Assembly: GCA_002189035.1 (NCBI GenBank)
Contig: NEEC01000282.1
Location: 1 to 26,165 of the forward strand
From: Utricularia gibba
Lineage: Eukaryota > Plantae > Magnoliophyta
Length of the DNA stretch: 26,165 nucleotides
Direction of reading: 5' to 3'
Every line of letters begins with the position of its first letter. The stretch's first letter is position 1. A program made the position numbers and the translations under genes. The notes beneath the pieces were generated by a model, which was not told the DNA's origin, did no database searches, and was given only the letters and a program-made list of their open reading frames with translations. Below are positions 1 to 9,324 of this stretch, piece after piece.

Positions 1-3000
1 GTTGAATCGTGTCGATGCTTGAGGAAGACGACCACCATTCATCTTTGTACGTTGCATCGGACCTGGTTGAAAGTGAGGACGGAAAATTGGCTACACTCGT
101 GAAGGTGCACGAGCAGTATGCTCAATCGGATGATGGTCAAGCCGTTAGCATACGGAAAACACACTCGCGTGTTGCGCACGCGGCTTTAACTATTGCTTAA
201 CCGAGTGATCCCTCTCTCTATCCATCCACAATCTGGGTAAAAGGCATCCGGAGGTCAGGCATTGGAATGTCGTAAGGTATGAAGTATGCATGTTGCAAGG
301 CGTGACCTGCTTGCGAAGCAATACCGATCCATTCCACGTTACCGCTTCTTTGCAAAGCCTGGAGGGAGAATGGAATTTTGCATCAGGAGTGGATGCCATG
401 GGGGTCGAATTATAAGGGGAGGTGTGCGTTTGTTCCGTGAGCTATGTGGATTCGAAGCACAAGTGCTGGGTGGTCGAGTTATGGACTTTGGGTTAGGAGT
501 GGCTACACTCTGGATCCACGATCGATATGTTCTTCGATGCTCTATGACTCATTTCTCATTCAATGATGTCCACTCAATAGTAGCTTACGTGGCTCGCAAC
601 GTATGTTTGATATAGATGACATCCTTTAACCTGTATGGTCGAAGGTTTTCTCCTCCCAAACGTATAGCGGCATGCCCACTTTCGTGTCCAAATATTCAGG
701 AGGTCGGGGTGGTAGCCATCTAACGGCTGGATAGCACATCCACATCGTATGTGCTCCGTAGAATGAATCCGAAAATGTTAATGTTTCCAACGCACGTTGT
801 TGGAGATCGGGAAAGTACATGGAGTGTCCTTGGCCACATTCTAGTATTCATTGGATGCTGGCTGAGTTTGTTGCACAACAAAACACCCTCAAACGAGTAG
901 CGATGGTGCACCATGATCCGCCATGGAGTGAACTCGTGACTCCTCTGCGTAAGTCTCACTTTGTTTCCATGGAAGATCATAAGGGAAAGCAATAGGAAAA
1001 ACTAAGAAGTACTTGGTATCGTTGATGTTACAACCCTGCATCATTGATCCTGATGTACCCCCTTCGTATCGTTGGACGACACATCAGTGGTGAAGTACTT
1101 GGCTAGAGTCCATGGGTTGGACTTTACGGTCCTATGGACGTGCGCATCAGTGCTGGTCTAATCTCCACGCATCCTCATATCTTTCAACGGCCGCGATAAT
1201 AGACCAACGGTCTCCTTGTCCAGTCCATTCGCTAAGGAGTCCAGAACACCTGAAGGTAACGGCAAAGCTTGCGAGGCCCGTCCAGCAACGGAGAAAAGAA
1301 AGGAAGTAGTGCGCATGGATGTGAACGCCTAAAAGAGCGTGGGAGTTTGCACTAGAGACCATCAACCCGTTGAATCGTGTCGATGCTTGAGGGAAGACGA
1401 CCACCCATTCATCTTTGTACGTTGCATCGGACCTGGTTGAAAGTGAGGACGGAAAATTGGCTACACTCGTGAAGGTGCACGAGCAGTATGCTCAATCGGA
1501 TGATGGTCAAGCCGTTAGCATACGGAAAACACACTCGCGTGTTGCGCACGCGGCTTTAACTATTGCTTAACCGAGTGATCCCTTCTCTATGTCCATCCAC
1601 AATCTGGGTAAAAGGCATCCGGAGGTCAGGCATTGGAATGTCGTAAGGTATGAAGTATGCATGTTGCAAGGCGTGACCTGCTTGCGAAGCAATACCGATC
1701 CATTCCACGTTACCCGCTTCTTTGCAAAGCCTGGAGGGAGAATGGAATTTTGCATCAGGAGTGGATGCCATGGGGGTCGAATTATAAGGGGAGTGTGCGT
1801 TTGTTCCGTGAGCTATGTGGATTCGAAGCACAAGTGCTGGGTGGTCGAGTTATGGACTTTGGGTTAGGAGTGGCTACACTCTGGATCCACGATCGATATG
1901 TTCTTCGATGCTCTATGACTCATTTCTCATTCAATGATGTCCACTCAATAGTAGCTTACGTGGCTCGCAACGTATGTTTGATATAGATGACATCCTTTAA
2001 CCTGTATGGTCGAAGGTTTTCTCCTCCAAACGTATAGCGGCATGCCCACTTTCGTGTCCAAATATTCAGGAGGTCGGGGTGGTAGCCATCTAACGGCTGG
2101 ATAGCACATCCACATCGTATGTGCTCCGTAGAATGAATCCGAAAATGTTAATGTTTCCAACGCACGTTGTTGGAGATCGGGAAAGTACATGGAGTGTCCT
2201 TGGCCACATTCTAGTATTCATTGGATGCTGGCTGAGTTTGTTGCACAACAAAACACCCTCAAACGAGTAGCGATGGTGCACCATGATCCGCCATGGAGTG
2301 AACTCGTGACTCCTCTGCGTAAGTCTCACTTTGTTTCCATGGAAGATCATAAGGGAAAGCAATAGGAAAAACTAAGAAGTACTTGGTATCGTTGATGTTA
2401 CAACCTGCATCATTGATCCTGATGTACCCCTTCGTATCGTTGGACGACACATCAGTGGTGAAGTACTTGGCTAGAGTCCATGGGTTGGACTTTACGGTCC
2501 TATGGACGTGCGCATCAGTGCTGGTCTAATCTCCACGCATCCTCATATCTTTCAACGGCCGCGATAATAGACCAACGGTCTCCTTGTCCAGTCCATTCGC
2601 TAAGGAGTCCAGAACACCTGAAGGTAACGGCAAAGCTTGCGAGGCCCGTCCAGCAACGGAGAAAAGAAAGGAAGTAGTGCGCATGGATGTGAACGCCTAA
2701 AAGAGCGTGGGAGTTTGCACTAGAGACCATCAACCCGTTGAATCGTGTCGATGCTTGAGGGAAGACGACCACCCATTCATCTTTGTACGTTGCATCGGAC
2801 CTGGTTGAAAGTGAGGACGGAAAATTGGCTACACTCGTGAAGGTGCACGAGCAGTATGCTCAATCGGATGATGGTCAAGCCGTTAGCATACGGAAAACAC
2901 ACTCGCGTGTTGCGCACGCGGCTTTAACTATTGCTTAACCGAGTGATCCCTTCTCTATGTCCATCCACAATCTGGGTAAAAGGCATCCGGAGGTCAGGCA

Positions 3001-6000
3001 TTGGAATGTCGTAAGGTATGAAGTATGCATGTTGCAAGGCGTGACCTGCTTGCGAAGCAATACCGATCCATTCCACGTTACCCGCTTCTTTGCAAAGCCT
3101 GGAGGGAGAATGGAATTTTGCATCAGGAGTGGATGCCATGGGGGTCGAATTATAAGGGGAGGTGTGCGTTTGTTCCGTGAGCTATGTGGATTCGAAGCAC
3201 AAGTGCTGGGTGGTCGAGTTATGGACTTTGGGTTAGGAGTGGCTACACTCTGGATCCACGACCGATATGTTCTTCGATGCTCTATGACTCATTTCTCATT
3301 CAATGATGTCCACTCAATAGTAGCTTACGTGGCTCGCAACGTATGTTTGATATAGATGACATCCTTTAACCTGTATGGTCGAAGGTTTTCTCCTCCCAAA
3401 CGTATAGCGGCATGCCCACTTTCGTGTCCAAATATTCAGGAGGTCGGGGTGGTAGCCATCTAACGGCTGGATAGCACATCCACATCGTATGTGCTCCGTA
3501 GAATGAATCCGAAAATGTTAATGTTTCCAACGCACGTTGTTGGAGATCGGGAAAGTACATGGAGTGTCCTTGGCCACATTCTAGTATTCATTGGATGCTG
3601 GCTGAGTTTGTTGCACAACAAAACACCCTCAAACGAGTAGCGATGGTGCACCATGATCCGCCATGGAGTGAACTCGTGACTCCTCTGCGTAAGTCTCACT
3701 TTGTTTCCATGGAAGATCATAAGGGAAAGCAATAGGAAAAACTAAGAAGTATGGTATCGTTGGTGTTACAACCCTGCATCATTGATCCTGATGTACCCCC
3801 TTCGTATCGTTGGACGACACATCAGTGGTGAAGTACTTGGTTAGAGTCCATGGGTTGGACTTTACGGTCCTATGGACGTGCGCATCAGTGCTGGTCTAAT
3901 CTCCACGCATCCTCATATCTTTCAACGGCCGCGATAATAGACCAACGGTCTCCTTGTCCAGTCCATTCGCTAAGGAGTCCAGAACACCTGAAGGTAACGG
4001 CAAAGCTTGCGAGGCCCGTCCAGCAACGGAGAAAAGAAAGGAAGTAGTGCGCATGGATGTGAACGCCTAAAAGAGCGTGGGAGTTTGCACTAGAGACCAT
4101 CAACCCGTTGAATCGTGTCGATGCTTGAGGGAAGACGACCACCCATTCATCTTTGTACGTTGCATCGGACCTGGTTGAAAGTGAGGACGGAAAATTGGCT
4201 ACACTCGTAAAGGTGCACGAGCAGTATGCTGAATCGGATGATGGTCAAGCCGTTAGCATACGGAAAACACACTCGCGTGTTGCGCACGCGGCTTTAACGA
4301 TTGCTTAACCGAGTGATCCCTTCTCTATCTCCATCCACAATCTGGGTAAAAGGCATCCGGAGGTCAGGCATTGGAATGTCGTAAGGTATGAAGTATGCAT
4401 GTTGCAAGGCGTGACCTGCTTGCGAAGCAATACCGATCCATTCCACGTTACCCGCTTCTTTGCAAAGCCTGGAGGGAGAATGGAATTTTGCATCAGGAGT
4501 GGATGCCATGGGGGTCGAATTATAAGGGGAGTGTGCGTTTGTTCCGTGAGCTATGTGGATTCGAAGCACAAGTGCTGGGTGGTCGAGTTATGGACTTTGG
4601 GTTAGGAGTGGCTACACTCTGGATCCACGATCGATATGTTCTTCGATGCTCTATGACTCATTTCTCATTCAATGATGTCCACTCAATAGTAGCTTACGTG
4701 GCTCGCAACGTATGTTTGATATAGATGACATCCTTTAACCTGTATGGTCGAAGGTTTTCTCCTCCCAAACGTATAGCGGCATGCCCACTTTCGTGTCCAA
4801 ATATTCAGGAGGTCGGGGTGGTAGCCATCTAACGGCTGGATAGCACATCCACATCGTATGTGCTCCGTAGAATGAATCCGAAAATGTTAATGTTTCCAAC
4901 GCACGTTGTTGGAGATCGGGAAAGTACATGGAGTGTCCTTGGCCACATTCTAGTATTCATTGGATGCTGGCTGAGTTTGTTGCACAACAAAACACCCTCA
5001 AACGAGTAGCGATGGTGCACCATGATCCGCCATGGAGTGAACTCGTGACTCCTCTGCGTAAGTCTCACTTTGTTTCCATGGAAGATCATAAGGGAAAGCA
5101 ATAGGAAAAACTAAGAAGTACTTGGTATCGTTGATGTTACAACCCTGCATCATTGATCCTGATGTACCCCTTCGTATCGTTGGACGACACATCAGTGGTG
5201 AAGTACTTGGCTAGAGTCCATGGGTTGGACTTTACGGTCCTATGGACGTGCGCATCAGTGCTGGTCTAATCTCCACGCATCCTCATATCTTTCAACGGCC
5301 GCGATAATAGACCAACGGTCTCCTTGTCCAGTCCATTCGCTAAGGAGTCCAGAACACCTGAAGGTAACGGCAAAGCTTGCGAGGCCCGTCCAGCAACGGA
5401 GAAAAGAAAGGAAGTAGTGCGCATGGATGTGAACGCCTAAAAGAGCGTGGGAGTTTGCACTAGAGACCATCAACCCGTTGAATCGTGTCGATGCTTGAGG
5501 GAAGACGACCACCCATTCATCTTTGTACGTTGCATCGGACCTGGTTGAAAGTGAGGACGGAAAATTGGCTACACTCGTGAAGGTGCACGAGCAGTATGCT
5601 CAATCGGATGATGGTCAAGCCGTTAGCATACGGAAAACACACTCGCGTGTTGCGCACGCGGCTTTAACTATTGCTTAACCGAGTGATCCCTTCTCTATGT
5701 CCATCCACAATCTGGGTAAAAGGCATCCGGAGGTCAGGCATTGGAATGTCGTAAGGTATGAAGTATGCATGTTGCAAGGCGTGACCTGCTTGCGAAGCAA
5801 TACCGATCCATTCCACGTTACCCGCTTCTTTGCAAAGCCTGGAGGGAGAATGGAATTTTGCATCAGGAGTGGATGCCATGGGGGTCGAATTATAAGGGGA
5901 GGTGTGCGTTTGTTCCGTGAGCTATGTGGATTCGAAGCACAAGTGCTGGGTGGTCGAGTTATGGACTTTGGGTTAGGAGTGGCTACACTCTGGATCCACG

Positions 6001-8438
6001 ACGATATGTTCTTCGATGCTCTATGACTCATTTCTCATTCAATGATGTCCACTCAATAGTAGCTTACGTGGCTCGCAACGTATGTTTGATATAGATGACA
6101 TCCTTTAACCTGTATGGTCGAAGGTTTTCTCCTCCCAAACGTATAGCGGCATGCCCACTTTCGTGTCCAAATATTCAGGAGGTCGGGGTGGTAGCCATCT
6201 AACGGCTGGATAGCACATCCACATCGTATGTGCTCCGTAGAATGAATCCGAAAATGTTAATGTTTCCAACGCACGTTGTTGGAGATCGGGAAAGTACATG
6301 GAGTGTCCTTGGCCACATTCTAGTATTCATTGGATGCTGGCTGAGTTTGTTGCACAACAAAACACCCTCAAACGAGTAGCGATGGTGCACCATGATCCGC
6401 CATGGAGTGAACTCGTGACTCCTCTGCGTAAGTCTCACTTTGTTTCCATGGAAGATCATAAGGGAAAGCAATAGGAAAAACTAAGAAGTACTTGGTATCG
6501 TTGATGTTACAACCCTGCATCATTGATCCTGATGTACCCCCTTCGTATCGTTGGACGACACATCAGTGGTGAAGTACTTGGCTAGAGTCCATGGGTTGGA
6601 CTTTACGGTCCTATGGACGTGCGCATCAGTGCTGGTCTAATCTCCACGCATCCTCATATCTTTCAACGGCCGCGATAATAGACCAACGGTCTCCTTGTCC
6701 AGTCCATTCGCTAAGGAGTCCAGAACACCTGAAGGTAACGGCAAAGCTTGCGAGGCCCGTCCAGCAACGGAGAAAAGAAAGGAAGTAGTGCGCATGGATG
6801 TGAACGCCTAAAAGAGCGTGGGAGTTTGCACTAGAGACCATCAACCCGTTGAATCGTGTCGATGCTTGAGGGAAGACGACCACCCATTCATCTTTGTACG
6901 TTGCATCGGACCTGGTTGAAAGTGAGGACGGAAAATTGGCTACACTCGTGAAGGTGCACGAGCAGTATGCTCAATCGGATGATGGTCAAGCCGTTAGCAT
7001 ACGGAAAACACACTCGCGTGTTGCGCACGCGGCTTTAACGATTGCTTAACCGAGTGATCCCTTCTCTATGTCCATCCACAATCTGGGTAAAAGGCATCCG
7101 GAGGTCAGGCATTGGAATGTCGTAAGGTATGAAGTATGCATGTTGCAAGGCGTGACCTGCTTGCGAAGCAATACCGATCCATTCCACGTTACCCGCTTCT
7201 TTGCAAAGCCTGGAGGGAGAATGGAATTTTGCATCAGGAGTGGATGCCATGGGGGTCGAATTATAAGGGGAGGTGTGCGTTTGTTCCGTGAGCTATGTGG
7301 ATTCGAAGCACAAGTGCTGGGTGGTCGAGTTATGGACTTTGGGTTAGGAGTGGCTACACTCTGGATCCACGACGATATGTTCTTCGATGCTCTATGACTC
7401 ATTTCTCATTCAATGATGTCCACTCAATAGTAGCTTACGTGGCTCGCAACGTATGTTTGATATAGATGACATCCTTTAACCTGTATGGTCGAAGGTTTTC
7501 TCCTCCCAAACGTATAGCGGCATGCCCACTTTCGTGTCCAAATATTCAGGAGGTCGGGGTGGTAGCCATCTAACGGCTGGATAGCACATCCACATCGTAT
7601 GTGCTCCGTAGAATGAATCCGAAAATGTTAATGTTTCCAACGCACGTTGTTGGAGATCGGGAAAGTACATGGAGTGTCCTTGGCCACATTCTAGTATTCA
7701 TTGGATGCTGGCTGAGTTTGTTGCACAACAAAACACCCTCAAACGAGTAGCGATGGTGCACCATGATCCGCCATGGAGTGAACTCGTGACTCCTCTGCGT
7801 AAGTCTCACTTTGTTTCCATGGAAGATCATAAGGGAAAGCAATAGGAAAAACTAAGAAGTACTTGGTATCGTTGATGTTACAACCCTGCATCATTGATCC
7901 TGATGTACCCCCTTCGTATCGTTGGACGACACATCAGTGGTGAAGTACTTGGCTAGAGTCCATGGGTTGGACTTTACGGTCCTATGGACGTGCGCATCAG
8001 TGCTGGTCTAATCTCCACGCATCCTCATATCTTTCAACGGCCGCGATAATAGACCAACGGTCTCCTTGTCCAGTCCATTCGCTAAGGAGTCCAGAACACC
8101 TGAAGGTAACGGCAAAGCTTGCGAGGCCCGTCCAGCAACGGAGAAAAGAAAGGAAGTAGTGCGCATGGATGTGAACGCCTAAAAGAGCGTGGGAGTTTGC
8201 ACTAGAGACCATCAACCCGTTGAATCGTGTCGATGCTTGAGGGAAGACGACCACCCATTCATCTTTGTACGTTGCATCGGACCTGGTTGAAAGTGAGGAC
8301 GGAAAATTGGCTACACTCGTGAAGGTGCACGAGCAGTATGCTCAATCGGATGATGGTCAAGCCGTTAGCATACGGAAAACACACTCGCGTGTTGCGCACG
8401 CGGCTTTAACTATTGCTTAACCGAGTGATCCCTTCTCT

Positions 8439-8837
8439 ATGTCCATCCACAATCTGGGTAAAAGGCATCCGGAGGTCAGGCATTGGAATGTCGTAAGGTA
8501 TGAAGTATGCATGTTGCAAGGCGTGACCTGCTTGCGAAGCAATACCGATCCATTCCACGTTACCCGCTTCTTTGCAAAGCCTGGAGGGAGAATGGAATTT
8601 TGCATCAGGAGTGGATGCCATGGGGGTCGAATTATAAGGGGAGGTGTGCGTTTGTTCCGTGAGCTATGTGGATTCGAAGCACAAGTGCTGGGTGGTCGAG
8701 TTATGGACTTTGGGTTAGGAGTGGCTACACTCTGGATCCACGACCGATATGTTCTTCGATGCTCTATGACTCATTTCTCATTCAATGATGTCCACTCAAT
8801 AGTAGCTTACGTGGCTCGCAACGTATGTTTGATATAG
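8439..8837 (+). CDS. Longest ORF of the unit (132 aa, MSIHNLGKRH...ARNVCLI), unknown function, may be non-coding
   Basis: Intact in 9 copies (starts 2957, 8439, 9811, 11182, 12552, 13924, 18038, 19410, 23455). In most other copies it is broken by 1-bp deletions at polymorphic sites that may be consensus artefacts. No recognisable domain. It lies in the stop-poor frame. Confidence 0.15.
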   Translation: MSIHNLGKRHPEVRHWNVVRYEVCMLQGVTCLRSNTDPFHVTRFFAKPGGRMEFCIRSGCHGGRIIRGGVRLFRELCGFEAQVLGGRVMDFGLGVATLWIHDRYVLRCSMTHFSFNDVHSIVAYVARNVCLI

Positions 8838-9124
8838 ATGACATCCTTTAACCTGTATGGTCGAAGGTTTTCTCCTCCCAAACGTATAGCGGCATGCCCA
8901 CTTTCGTGTCCAAATATTCAGGAGGTCGGGGTGGTAGCCATCTAACGGCTGGATAGCACATCCACATCGTATGTGCTCCGTAGAATGAATCCGAAAATGT
9001 TAATGTTTCCAACGCACGTTGTTGGAGATCGGGAAAGTACATGGAGTGTCCTTGGCCACATTCTAGTATTCATTGGATGCTGGCTGAGTTTGTTGCACAA
9101 CAAAACACCCTCAAACGAGTAGCG

Positions 9125-9136
9125 ATGGTGCACCAT
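9125..9136. other. Perfect 12-bp palindrome ATGGTGCACCAT, once per unit
   Basis: Read directly; it is its own reverse complement. Function unknown and it could be chance. Confidence 0.5.
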
Positions 9137-9227
9137 GATCCGCCATGGAGTGAACTCGTGACTCCTCTGCGTAAGTCTCACTTTGTTTCCATGGAAGATC
9201 ATAAGGGAAAGCAATAGGAAAAACTAA

Positions 9228-9324
9228 GAAGTACTTGGTATCGTTGATGTTACAACCCTGCATCATTGATCCTGATGTACCCCCTTCGTATCGTTGGACG
9301 ACACATCAGTGGTGAAGTACTTGG
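9228..9324. repeat. Internal short direct repeats: GAAGTACTTGG (9228-9238, 9314-9324) and GTATCGTTG (9238-9246, 9288-9296)
   Basis: Read directly in copy 7 and present in haplotype-A units. Confidence 0.7.

Larger units (their letters stand above)
7833..9161 (+). pseudogene. Possible decayed reading frame spanning nearly one unit (443 codons, 8 internal stops); product not recognised
   Basis: One continuous frame contains ORFs 7962-8159 and 8439-8837 and the segment SSLYVASDLVESEDGKLATLVKVHEQY. Stops lie at 7941, 8157, 8172, 8238, 8418, 8835, 8943, 9120 and terminally at 9159. By hand count the other two plus frames have roughly 18 and 30 stops per unit. Confidence 0.2.

Noticed and set aside
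626-1404. The many 60-90 aa ORFs (MYFPDLQQ..., MLSLMIFH..., MVVFPQAS..., MGWTLRSY... and others) as genes
   Set aside because: They are short, overlap on opposite strands and lack recognisable domains. Their recurrence only reflects the DNA repeat.
8630-8935. TATAAG box and GGAGGT Shine-Dalgarno-like motifs
   Set aside because: None is properly spaced to a credible ORF, and such short motifs are expected by chance.
8924-8940. GGGGTGGTAG resembling the kinetoplast minicircle CSB-3 (GGGGTTGGTGTA)
   Set aside because: It mismatches an almost invariant 12-mer, and no CSB-1 or CSB-2 lies at the expected spacing.
8985-9075. KMLMFPTHVVGDRESTWSVL resembling the Ulp1/C48 protease P-x-H...HW motif carried by some transposons
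   Set aside because: The catalytic His position is Thr, and no downstream Asp or Q-x-N-x-x-DCG motif follows.
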